From a virus (Duplodnaviria > Caudoviricetes): a stretch of 64,000 bases of DNA. The DNA lies in IMG/VR virus record IMGVR_UViG_3300025018_000091. One strand, given 5' to 3'. Shown in pieces: positions 18,934-27,541 of the stretch. The position numbers and the translations under genes were made by a program. How positions within the stretch are numbered: the stretch's first letter is position 1; every line of letters starts with the position of its first letter. The notes beneath the pieces are model-generated. The model had not been told where the DNA came from. It made no database searches and was given only the letters and a program-made list of their open reading frames with translations.

Positions 18934-19250
18934 AAAAATGCCTTTAACTTTTTTGTTTTCTTAAATAAACGAATTAATTCAGACTCTTTTGCATGAAGAA
19001 TAGCGCACCGTGCCATAGAATCATTTAAAGTGATGTCATAGATATAATAAATAACTGTTATATCATCTGAGGACCAATCATAATCATTATTTTCTAATTC
19101 TGATAAACATATTTCTGCTATATCTTCTCTATCAATATTAACATGTATTGTAGCAAATCCAATATTATATATGTTAATTACATCTACAATAAATTTGGAA
19201 CTACAAACACCAACTTTAGAAAAAAAATCTATACAATTAAGTATCTTCAT
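18930..19250 (-). CDS. Hypothetical protein with C-terminal KLKAFL tag
   Basis: Ends ...KESELIRLFKKTKKLKAFL-stop; ATGA-coupled on both sides. Confidence 0.7.
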   Translation of the reverse strand: MKILNCIDFFSKVGVCSSKFIVDVINIYNIGFATIHVNIDREDIAEICLSELENNDYDWSSDDITVIYYIYDITLNDSMARCAILHAKESELIRLFKKTKKLKAFL

Positions 19251-19849
19251 ACAACTCTATCTAATATAGACATATCTAAACCTAAACCTTCTACACTAAC
19301 AAATGCATAATCTAGATCTGCTGGTTTATCTGTCATTTGTTTTAGAAATGCTAAATCACCATATGTAGAAATATTAAACCCAAAGGAACTGAAAATATCT
19401 TTATATTTATCGGGAAGCGGAGTTGAGCGATCAATAGAATTATTACTTAATTTACTATTCAATAACACATTAAATTTGTATTCATTCATTATGCCTTCAA
19501 CAGTCATAAAAGATATAGAGGTAAGCCTACGCTTAGCTTTAGTTACCTTATTTAAATAAACCCAATCAATATATTCTTTTAGAAGAACGGGGTCAGAGGT
19601 TAGGTTTGATGCCAACTTTTTAACTTGAAAAACCTCAAAAGATTTTGATGGCGCGGGGCTATTGAATTTGAATTTGTACTTCACTTTATATGTGTCATAA
19701 TACTTTTTGCAAAAATAACCTAAAATATGCGGGACTTTCCATTTAGAAGTATCTAAAGAATCAATCTCTTCAAATTTCTCAAAAAGCCGTTTATATTTCT
19801 CATTGGGAACATCATTTAAGTTATAATAAGAATCATTTAGTGAGTTCAT
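19247..19849 (-). CDS. Hypothetical protein, candidate replication initiator/organiser
   Basis: Helical basic protein upstream of the DnaC-like/DnaB pair; function inferred from position only. Confidence 0.45.
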   Translation of the reverse strand: MNSLNDSYYNLNDVPNEKYKRLFEKFEEIDSLDTSKWKVPHILGYFCKKYYDTYKVKYKFKFNSPAPSKSFEVFQVKKLASNLTSDPVLLKEYIDWVYLNKVTKAKRRLTSISFMTVEGIMNEYKFNVLLNSKLSNNSIDRSTPLPDKYKDIFSSFGFNISTYGDLAFLKQMTDKPADLDYAFVSVEGLGLDMSILDRVV

Positions 19850-20652
19850 TGTATATTTCCTGAGTGTCTAGATCTTGTTACGCCGTCTAGAACATTTTGT
19901 TTTGAAGGATATGGTCTAAGATTTGTAAGACACCAACATTTATTGAAATTATCATCTGCCATAGACATATATGGCAAATCAGATTGTGGAATAATATGGT
20001 CTATATTCCATGTCCATGTAGATTGATCATTGTCATTCCAAGTTTTTGAATCATATTTACCATAATTGCTCCAGTTCATCCAAGGCTCAAAGTGTTGTTC
20101 AAGATGTTGTTTTAGTTCCATTATTGTATAGGGCAAATACTGTAATATAGATTTCCCTGATTTTGATCTATTATTGGCAGCTAAAGATATCCAAATACTT
20201 GTAGACAATCTGGATCTTAATTTAAAAGCAGGATCTATAGATTTTCTATTTTTTGAATATGAATTGTTTTTAAGGCGAATTTTATCTATGTTATTTTGAG
20301 CATATTGTTTTTGGTATTCTGCTATTTCTTGTTTATGATCTAAAATATATTGTTTGTGATATTCTTCAATCTTCTCTTTATTGTCTTTTGCATATTTTTT
20401 ATTTCTAGATAATTCGCGTTCTTTATTGGTGATATAGAAATTTTTCCTGTAGACACTTCGCTCTTTTTGATGCTTAAGATAATATTCTTTATTATTTTTT
20501 GATATAGTCATCTTATTTTTTAATTTATATTCTTGCACTCTTTTATTATAGCACTCTTTACAACATTTTCTATACGCTTTAGAGTCGGCTCTAAAATGGA
20601 AACTATCTAATTCCTTGTCTTTACCACACATGTTGCACTTTATTGTATCCAT
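19846..20652 (-). CDS. Free-standing HNH-type (endonuclease VII-like) homing endonuclease, paralog 1
   Basis: N-terminal CxxC...CxxC, low-complexity basic helix, C-terminal WMNW.NYG...WNIDHIIP...CW.L.NLRP...N. Confidence 0.8.
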   Translation of the reverse strand: MDTIKCNMCGKDKELDSFHFRADSKAYRKCCKECYNKRVQEYKLKNKMTISKNNKEYYLKHQKERSVYRKNFYITNKERELSRNKKYAKDNKEKIEEYHKQYILDHKQEIAEYQKQYAQNNIDKIRLKNNSYSKNRKSIDPAFKLRSRLSTSIWISLAANNRSKSGKSILQYLPYTIMELKQHLEQHFEPWMNWSNYGKYDSKTWNDNDQSTWTWNIDHIIPQSDLPYMSMADDNFNKCWCLTNLRPYPSKQNVLDGVTRSRHSGNIQ

Positions 20653-20655
20653 GTT

Positions 20656-20763
20656 TTACCTCTGATTGCATACAATAATATGTACGGGTTTCCAATATAA
20701 TTTGCGATAGTTTTCGTTCGGCGCGTCTGTCAACGAGCCGCCCGTGGTATCTTTTTCTTTCAT
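20656..20763 (-). CDS. Small ORF (35 aa)
   Basis: MKEKDTTGGSLTDAPNENYRKLYWKPVHIIVCNQR; strong GGAG SD; first ORF after the promoter at 20782-20809. Confidence 0.45.
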   Translation of the reverse strand: MKEKDTTGGSLTDAPNENYRKLYWKPVHIIVCNQR

Positions 20764-20781
20764 TATTAATCTCCAAATTAC

Positions 20782-20809
20782 AATGTAATTACGAATGTTT
20801 ACGCGTCAA
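20782..20809 (-). promoter_or_regulatory. Sigma70-type promoter TTGACG-N16-TACATT overlapped by the palindrome AATTACA-N-TGTAATT (20776-20790)
   Basis: Read directly; the -35 overlaps the helicase stop codon. Confidence 0.55.
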
Positions 20810-22275
20810 CCACTCTTCATTTCTTTGCATTTGATGACTCTGAAGCCTTTTTCTGAAGAATAAATTTCGGATCTAATTACCGAATGTTTTTTGAGAAATT
20901 TTATCTGATCGTAAAAATCAACAATAGCTGCAAACTTTTTACCAGGAAAATATCTAATAACTCTACCTATTCTTTGTAACGCTCTTATACTGCTCTTACC
21001 ACCACCACATAACACTAAAGCATTTAACATAGGAATATCAACACCAAGATCAAAAATGGTACTGGCAAGAATAGCTTGAATTTCACCAGCAACTAACATT
21101 TCTTTTACTTCTGTACGCCTTTTAATAGAATCATTACCATACAGCATTTCACATTTAATACCAGCGTCAGTCATCATATCAAATAATAATTGACCATGTT
21201 TAATATGTTTAAACAAAATAAGTGGAGTATATTTTTTATCTAAAAGTTCTTTAGTTTGATCTATAATAATTATATTTCTTATATCATTTTCAGTTATATA
21301 GCTTTTATATACTGTTTGATATTGTGCTAACGGCATACTCATATGTGGTACTGCAATAAACTTAATGATAGGCTGAGCTAAGATTTTCTTTTCTATTAAT
21401 TCAGATGCAGATACATCTACAATTTGTTCACCAAGAATACCATTAATTAATAAATCAGTGTTATCATCTCTATATGGAGTTCCACTAAAACCATATATGT
21501 GTTCTGGATCAATGTTTTTATGTATTGATTGAATAGTATCACAAGTAACAACATGACACTCATCAAATATATGTACTTTAGTTTGTTTTAATAACTTTAT
21601 AATCTTCTCTTTTTGAGTTAAATCTACTTTTTCTTCACAAGAAATTTCGTCATCAGTACAAATGTTTTTCTTATTAATATTTAAAGCACTTCCAATTGTC
21701 CAAATACTAGCAATATTAATTCTCTCTATATTGCAAACACCATCACCAATATACCCTATTTTTTCCTTAAATAGAGTTGTAAATAAATCATGAGTTTGTT
21801 TTAATAAGTCTAAACCTATTACATATATAATGGTGGGTTTATTTAATCTGGCAGCTATCATAGCTGTGCAAAGTGTTTTGCCAGATCCAGTACAAGCTCT
21901 TACAATACCGTTACGAGAATTACAAGTAGCATCAACTATTCTATCTTGATAATCTCTGGGGACCATCTTAATCTTTTTCAATACTTTAGATAGATCTATT
22001 GGTTTATTTACTTTTAATGGCGGTCTTAAATCTTCAATAATATAAGTTTCATGATGATCTTTTAGAAACTCTTCAACTACAGAAAGTAGTCCATAGAAAA
22101 AATTTCCTTTCTTACCTATTAGATAGGTTACGCCATTCCATCCATTTTTATATGCCTCGGTGTATTCAACACCATTCATCTTATAGGATAATTTTGAGCG
22201 TAATACTCTGAATAGACTGGCATCTTCTGTCACAAATTGACATGCCTTGTTGTCATGAATTATTATTTTATGCAT
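20806..22275 (-). CDS. SF2 DEXH helicase, UvsW-like
   Basis: PRDYQ, ACTGSGKT, IFDECH, GFSGTPYRDD, STIFDLGVDIP, QRIGRVIR. Confidence 0.9.
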   Translation of the reverse strand: MHKIIIHDNKACQFVTEDASLFRVLRSKLSYKMNGVEYTEAYKNGWNGVTYLIGKKGNFFYGLLSVVEEFLKDHHETYIIEDLRPPLKVNKPIDLSKVLKKIKMVPRDYQDRIVDATCNSRNGIVRACTGSGKTLCTAMIAARLNKPTIIYVIGLDLLKQTHDLFTTLFKEKIGYIGDGVCNIERINIASIWTIGSALNINKKNICTDDEISCEEKVDLTQKEKIIKLLKQTKVHIFDECHVVTCDTIQSIHKNIDPEHIYGFSGTPYRDDNTDLLINGILGEQIVDVSASELIEKKILAQPIIKFIAVPHMSMPLAQYQTVYKSYITENDIRNIIIIDQTKELLDKKYTPLILFKHIKHGQLLFDMMTDAGIKCEMLYGNDSIKRRTEVKEMLVAGEIQAILASTIFDLGVDIPMLNALVLCGGGKSSIRALQRIGRVIRYFPGKKFAAIVDFYDQIKFLKKHSVIRSEIYSSEKGFRVIKCKEMKSG

Positions 22276-22278
22276 ATC

Positions 22279-23127
22279 TTACTTAATGCCAAATATCTTA
22301 TGAAAAAATTCTACAAATTTATTTTTTGGAACTGTAAGCATCTCCATTGGGGTCTCTATAACGTCATGGTCAGAGATTAAATCTAAATCAATTGGCAATG
22401 GCGGCGTAATTGTTATTCTTTCCGACTCTTTATGATGTAAGCTTTCGGCAAATGCTTTAAATTCTTCGACAGTCCCCTTATACTGATTCCTATCCACAAC
22501 AACATTGATACCAGGAACACGCAGAACTGTATCACCTTTTGCGCATTGATCTCCAGATCTTTGCCAAATAGTCCAGCCTTTTGTTTTCCATATATAAGGA
22601 ACATATATATCTGGAGTTTTAGTATAAGCAGCTAACCATAAAGGATAGCGATTTAGCTTTTTAACTAATTCATCGCCAGGATACCACTCACCTTTATCGT
22701 TTTCTTTTCCACCATACTTATCAAAATATGGTCCACCAGTATAAACAATTGGCATTACATTTGTTTCTCTCTCCACGGTCTCTAAAAATGTAATTACCCA
22801 ATTAATAAATTGTTGTTTTGATAATTTATTTCGGTCATCTTCTATATCAAGAACAAGCATATCGCCTTTATCTAAAGGACCTACTGTTTTAATAAAGTTC
22901 TTTACTTCTTTCACAGGATCATTTATAGTTCGGGCAAAATGATAGGCACCTCTAATTAGCCCAGCGTCTTTTATTCCCTTCCAATTATAAGAGAATCTTT
23001 TAGTAACATACGTTTCGCCCTCAGTGGCTTTACAGAAAGCATATTCAATACCGCTAGCTTTTACTTTATCCCATTTAGGAAATCCTTGAACATCAGAGAC
23101 ATCAATACCTTCTAACATATTACCCAT
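22279..23127 (-). CDS. GH25 muramidase (endolysin)
   Basis: GIDVS, FCKATEG, GAYHFA, LVLDIE, PIVYTG, PLWLAAY, WTIWQ; start adjusted to ATG 23127 (or 23118). Confidence 0.92.
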   Translation of the reverse strand: MGNMLEGIDVSDVQGFPKWDKVKASGIEYAFCKATEGETYVTKRFSYNWKGIKDAGLIRGAYHFARTINDPVKEVKNFIKTVGPLDKGDMLVLDIEDDRNKLSKQQFINWVITFLETVERETNVMPIVYTGGPYFDKYGGKENDKGEWYPGDELVKKLNRYPLWLAAYTKTPDIYVPYIWKTKGWTIWQRSGDQCAKGDTVLRVPGINVVVDRNQYKGTVEEFKAFAESLHHKESERITITPPLPIDLDLISDHDVIETPMEMLTVPKNKFVEFFHKIFGIK

Positions 23128-23314
23128 ATTTTTTCCCCTCAATTCCTAAAACTCTAGCAACAAAGCCATCTGCCAGCGTTAACTCGCCAGCAGATAGCTT
23201 TTTAATTACAGGATATAGTTCTGCCCCACACGAACATTCATCAGATTTTGAATTTTTACTCAATATCCATATTCTTCCACAATGCACGCAATGTGCAACG
23301 CTATATCTTCTCAT
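23120..23314 (-). CDS. Small zinc-finger protein
   Basis: MRRYSVAHCVHCGRIW...ECSCGAELYP; start adjusted to the ATG just after the tubulin stop. Confidence 0.65.
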   Translation of the reverse strand: MRRYSVAHCVHCGRIWILSKNSKSDECSCGAELYPVIKKLSAGELTLADGFVARVLGIEGKKYG

Positions 23315-23318
23315 GAAA

Positions 23319-24674
23319 TTACTTTCTGCGGTCAACAACCCCACCAACTAATTTTCCAAATGCTGATTGTTTCTGAGAAATCTTATCTTTTATTTTTTGA
23401 GCAGCAGATACATTTTCTTCTGTTCCAGTATCTAATTGTAAACTAAGATTTCTACTATCATCTTTGCCCTTAACAATCTTCATATGATCCTGAGCATCTT
23501 TCTTCAATTGAGTTACTCTGGATTCTGGCAATCCCAATCCTGTAAATATAGAGTATATCTTTACAACTGGTTCAGGAATATCTATAGTATAAATACCCTT
23601 GTATACTCCCTTTGGAGATCCACATTGATCATTTACAATAGCCATTGCATAGTTAACACTAGAACTTGGAATTTGCGCCCAAACTTCTTTGTTTGCAGCA
23701 ATAATTACACCAACATATTTTGATTGCTTTAAATCAAAACCACCAGCAAGTAAGTTTCCATTCAAATTATTGATGACAGCCTCTGCAATAGCAGTATCTT
23801 CAGCATAATTTTCAACAGTCAACTCACCATAAATGGTTAAGCCTTCGCCGTCTGTAAATAACTTTCCCCACTCCATCGGATCAAGTCCCTTAACAGAAGA
23901 TGCCATAGATGATAGAGTATTAAACATATCAATTGGTTCAACAATAGCCTTGTTAGCTGTTGGATAGAAATCAACTTGGCTTATATGTTGATAAATAGAT
24001 TCAATCTTAGCATTATCAACAACAATAAGGTTATTGACTCTCTTTGTTTGAGTGAACTTTGCTAATTTAGAAAGCGTCTCTAATGCGTTTGATTTGGTTT
24101 GCGCATCTTCTGTTTCCATTGGCAATGCAGCGATAACAACTAATGGCTTGCCACTATCTGCTAATAGATCTACTAAGGTTTCACATGAACCTGCGCCTGA
24201 ACCGCCGCCTAAACTTAAGCATAAAACATTTACTAATGCATTTGCAAGCTTATCATTAATTAGTTGTAACATCTCACCACGATGTGACTCAGCAGCAGCT
24301 TTACCAATTTCTATTTCTTTAGCTGCGCCACCAAGTCCATACTCTAACAAAAGCTTATTAGAATCTGGAATATCAATATACTTTAAATCTTGCATAGCCG
24401 TATTAATAGCAATAGCGTCATAACCCAATTTATAAAATGATTCAGCTATTCTGGAGCCAGCTTGCCCGGTTCCTATAATACCTAATACTAAACTTCTTTC
24501 TTTCTTTGCAACAATTTTTGCTGCCATGGGAGTCTCCTGTTTTGCTTGACTTTTTGCTTTAAGGGCTGCTAATTTATCCATATCAACCGAATCTTCAGAT
24601 GGTTTTGTTTCTTGAGAAACGTCATCTATTAGTTCTTCTGGTTTTGTTTCATCTGTAATCGAAGTTGCCGACAT
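23319..24674 (-). CDS. Tubulin/FtsZ-family GTPase (PhuZ/TubZ-like)
   Basis: GIIGTGQAGSRIAE, AINTA, SLGGGSGAGS (tubulin signature), VVDN, T7-loop-like KGLDPMEW; AGGAG SD supports the long acidic N-terminus. Confidence 0.9.
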   Translation of the reverse strand: MSATSITDETKPEELIDDVSQETKPSEDSVDMDKLAALKAKSQAKQETPMAAKIVAKKERSLVLGIIGTGQAGSRIAESFYKLGYDAIAINTAMQDLKYIDIPDSNKLLLEYGLGGAAKEIEIGKAAAESHRGEMLQLINDKLANALVNVLCLSLGGGSGAGSCETLVDLLADSGKPLVVIAALPMETEDAQTKSNALETLSKLAKFTQTKRVNNLIVVDNAKIESIYQHISQVDFYPTANKAIVEPIDMFNTLSSMASSVKGLDPMEWGKLFTDGEGLTIYGELTVENYAEDTAIAEAVINNLNGNLLAGGFDLKQSKYVGVIIAANKEVWAQIPSSSVNYAMAIVNDQCGSPKGVYKGIYTIDIPEPVVKIYSIFTGLGLPESRVTQLKKDAQDHMKIVKGKDDSRNLSLQLDTGTEENVSAAQKIKDKISQKQSAFGKLVGGVVDRRK

Positions 24675-24689
24675 TAAAATTCTCCTAAT

Positions 24690-24887
24690 TTATTCAGTTA
24701 AACTTTGGCTAGTAGCTAATAATACAGAGTTATCTGCACTCTGCCTTAAAACAACAAAGTCTTTTTCCATGCGTATTACGTTGATCGCCTCATCATTTGC
24801 AGATACCGTATAAAAAGAATACATCAATTCAACATTTGCTTCCGGATCTTGACTAGATAATTGGCTTATTAGGTCTTTCACTTTCAT
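24690..24887 (-). CDS. Small hypothetical phage protein
   Basis: MKVKDLISQL...DPEANV type N-terminus, common in phage small ORFs. Confidence 0.7.
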   Translation of the reverse strand: MKVKDLISQLSSQDPEANVELMYSFYTVSANDEAINVIRMEKDFVVLRQSADNSVLLATSQSLTE

Positions 24888-24902
24888 GTAATTTCCCTTA
24901 TT

Positions 24903-24918
24903 TATGCAATAATATTGC
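24903..24918 (-). promoter_or_regulatory. Candidate late-promoter motif GCAAT-N6-GCAT (also a palindrome GCAAT-ATT-ATTGC)
   Basis: 16 nt upstream of ATG 24887. Confidence 0.35.
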
Positions 24919-24922
24919 TTAC

Positions 24923-25051
24923 TTATCTCAAATTATTTAACAACTCCGACCACTCTCTTCTAGTTAAAGGTACTTGTAAATTTTCTTTAAAGTTTTGGAT
25001 ATTTACTGGAAAATCATCAAATCTTTTATTTACTTGTTTTATATCATTCAT
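24923..25051 (-). CDS. Small hypothetical protein (42 aa)
   Basis: MNDIKQVNKRFDDFPVNIQNFKENLQVPLTRREWSELLNNLR; overlaps the GIY-YIG stop. Confidence 0.5.
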   Translation of the reverse strand: MNDIKQVNKRFDDFPVNIQNFKENLQVPLTRREWSELLNNLR

Positions 25052-25748
25052 TTGTATTCCATGTTTTTCCAGAGATAATATTTCCTATTGTGACAGCCGA
25101 AACTCTATACTCTTTAGATAAAGCAACTTTAGTATAATTTCCTGTCTTCCATTTCTCACGAATCTCTTTCACTTTCTGTATTGTAAGTTTTGAATGAGCA
25201 TTATTTTCGCCAGCACACCTACCTTTTGATGAATCTCCAATTTTCTTTTTTGACCATTCTGAGTGTGTTCGTCCAAAAAATGGATTACCATCTCCAGAGA
25301 ACATAATACTCATTTTCCGTAATGTTTCTAGAGATTTTTTCTTACCAAACATGGGATTTCCTTCTCCACTCATTTTCAATGACATTCTTCGTTTATGATC
25401 ATTGGACAAACTTATTGAGTCAAAAACCTGACCTTTTTCGTTATATCCGTATCCATCATCTTCTGAGTTATAAAACTTAATATAGTATAGTTCCCTGTCA
25501 CAACTATCACCAAAACTATTACATTTCTCAAAAACTTCAAAAATAAAATGTTCTGACCCTACAGAACTAATTTCTCTATGTATTTTTTGATGTGTTAAGT
25601 TGTTATCTAATATATGTTCAGCATAATAGTTATGTTGTCTATACCTATATCTGGGATTTTTTGTCCTACCAATATAAACCTTATTATTAAGTAAGTTTGT
25701 TATTTTGTATAAATAGTAAACATCATTAAAGGGACATATATATCTCAT
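25044..25748 (-). CDS. GIY-YIG homing endonuclease with NUMOD3 repeats and C-terminal HTH
   Basis: YLYKITNLLNNKVYIGRT...R...H; NPMFGK and NPFFGRTHSEWSKKKI; GENN..SKLT...YRVS..TI..I..GKTW; start adjusted to the ATGA overlap with the rmlB stop. Confidence 0.9.
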   Translation of the reverse strand: MRYICPFNDVYYLYKITNLLNNKVYIGRTKNPRYRYRQHNYYAEHILDNNLTHQKIHREISSVGSEHFIFEVFEKCNSFGDSCDRELYYIKFYNSEDDGYGYNEKGQVFDSISLSNDHKRRMSLKMSGEGNPMFGKKKSLETLRKMSIMFSGDGNPFFGRTHSEWSKKKIGDSSKGRCAGENNAHSKLTIQKVKEIREKWKTGNYTKVALSKEYRVSAVTIGNIISGKTWNTNE

Positions 25749-26701
25749 TTCAAAAACCACTGGTTTGCAAGATACCATTGCACTGTTTGCTGTATACCAT
25801 TAGGAAAAGTGTACTCTGGCATCCAACCTAAAGCTCGAATTTTAGACGAATCAACACTATATCTAAAATCATGCCCAGGTCTATCCTTTGTAAAGGATAT
25901 GAGTTTATGCCCGTCCTTCATAACATTACAGACTTTTTGCACAACTTCTATATTACTTAACTCTTGATTAGCTGAGATATTATAAGTTTCATTTGGTTCA
26001 CCTTTAGCAAGAATAGTTAACAAAGCTGAACAATTGTCAAAGACATGAAGCCAATCTCTCATTTGTAATCCTTGACCATAGATAGGTATCGGATTACCTT
26101 CCAATATGTTTTTTATTACTTTAGGTAAGAGCTTTTCCGGTGTCTGCCTATGTCCATAGTTATTGGAAGATCTTGTAATGTTGTAAATTAAACCATGAGA
26201 TTCATGAGCGGCTTTTACCATTAGCTCTCCAGACGCTTTAGATGCTGAATAAGGGTTTCTGGGATTTAACGGCGCATCTTCAGTCCAAGAAGGCTCTGCT
26301 TCGCTTTTTAAATGACCATATACCTCATCAGTAGATATATAAATCAATTTTTGTACACCATACTTAATGCAAGCATTTGTTATTACTTGAGTTCCCAATA
26401 CATTGGAAGTTACAAATGAATTGGGATCACTTAAAGAATAATCAACAAACGTCTCTGCTGCACCATGTATAACAATATCTGGCTTTTCAAACTGGAAAAT
26501 TGTATCAATAACGTGTTGGTCTCGAATATCAGCTATATGAAAAGTATGATTCTTATTCCAATACATTGAGTTAATTGCATTTGAATTAACTCTATCTATA
26601 CTTACGAAAGTATATGGATGTTTTTCATAAATAGCTTTACGTATAAAATTACCAAATATGAATCCGCAGGATCCAGTAATTAAAACTTTTGGTTTACTCA
26701 T
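25745..26701 (-). CDS. rmlB: dTDP-glucose 4,6-dehydratase-like extended SDR
   Basis: HGAAETFVD.S, ISTDEVYG, PYSASKAS (YxxxK), RSSNNYG, RDWLHV, DRPGHD.RY; Rossmann motif variant TGSCGFIFG. Confidence 0.88.
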   Translation of the reverse strand: MSKPKVLITGSCGFIFGNFIRKAIYEKHPYTFVSIDRVNSNAINSMYWNKNHTFHIADIRDQHVIDTIFQFEKPDIVIHGAAETFVDYSLSDPNSFVTSNVLGTQVITNACIKYGVQKLIYISTDEVYGHLKSEAEPSWTEDAPLNPRNPYSASKASGELMVKAAHESHGLIYNITRSSNNYGHRQTPEKLLPKVIKNILEGNPIPIYGQGLQMRDWLHVFDNCSALLTILAKGEPNETYNISANQELSNIEVVQKVCNVMKDGHKLISFTKDRPGHDFRYSVDSSKIRALGWMPEYTFPNGIQQTVQWYLANQWFLK

Positions 26702-26704
26702 AAC

Positions 26705-27532
26705 TTACCTGTTGTAAAGATTAAACTTTCTATCTTTTTCGTATATATCTTGGTCTAAGCAATAATGCTTTTCCCACTTATTTTTTAAATAGATTAGGTT
26801 GTGATTCAAAAACAATCTATTTGTTGGCACTTTTTTAAGAGAGCTACTGTCTTCATGATAGATATTGGTGCCACCACAGTACACAATCTTTTTTTCCATA
26901 TTATACTTAATAGCTAAACATAAATCAACATCATCAAATCCCCAATGATATTTTTCATCCATACCATTATTACCTGATTTTTGATTGTGATGTGCTGCCT
27001 TAAAGTATTTAGCTTTAGTTAAAAGAACTGCCCCCGTAACTACCTGAAATAAACGGTTTTTTTCAGCATCATTATCAGATTCATCATTTAATCTAAAATG
27101 TGCTGGTGCTTTATGATTATTATTGAAAACAACACCTGCATGCTGTAATTTATTAGTATCTGTAAATAATAATCTAGCCCCAACTACACCAATATGAGAA
27201 TCTTCTTCCATTAATTTAATCATTTTATTGATTGATGTAGTGTCATTAAATATAACATCATTATTTAACAATAACACATAATCATTATCATTTGGGGCAG
27301 CCTCATTAAAACACATATTGGTGCCTTGTGAAAAATTCTGCAAATTATTGTGATATGGTATTAATTTTATATTACCTTCCCAGTCAGACACAACATCTAT
27401 TGTCCCGTCTGTTGATGCATTGTCTTTGATAAACCAAGTATAATCAATATCAGATAAAGAATGCAGCAGCGATTCTTTTAATTTAGTTAGTTTATCTATT
27501 CCGTTCCAAGTTAGTGTTAATATATGTAACAT
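26705..27532 (-). CDS. GT2 glycosyltransferase (WbbL/RfbF-like)
   Basis: LTWNG, DNASTDGT, NFSQGTN, LLNNDV (DxD-equivalent), LQHAG, VTGAVLL, DVDLC. Confidence 0.9.
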   Translation of the reverse strand: MLHILTLTWNGIDKLTKLKESLLHSLSDIDYTWFIKDNASTDGTIDVVSDWEGNIKLIPYHNNLQNFSQGTNMCFNEAAPNDNDYVLLLNNDVIFNDTTSINKMIKLMEEDSHIGVVGARLLFTDTNKLQHAGVVFNNNHKAPAHFRLNDESDNDAEKNRLFQVVTGAVLLTKAKYFKAAHHNQKSGNNGMDEKYHWGFDDVDLCLAIKYNMEKKIVYCGGTNIYHEDSSSLKKVPTNRLFLNHNLIYLKNKWEKHYCLDQDIYEKDRKFNLYNR

Positions 27533-27541
27533 ATTCTACCT

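Noticed and set aside
12168-22275. Inteins or group I introns in nrdJ, dnaB or the helicase
   Set aside because: Protein lengths and motif spacing are normal; no HINT motifs or frame interruptions were seen; the endonucleases lie between genes.
2003-22604. Nested minus-strand alternative-frame ORFs (2003..2197, 5565..5792, 5699..5974, 22413..22604)
   Set aside because: Fully contained in well-supported genes; the translations are artefacts of repeat periodicity.
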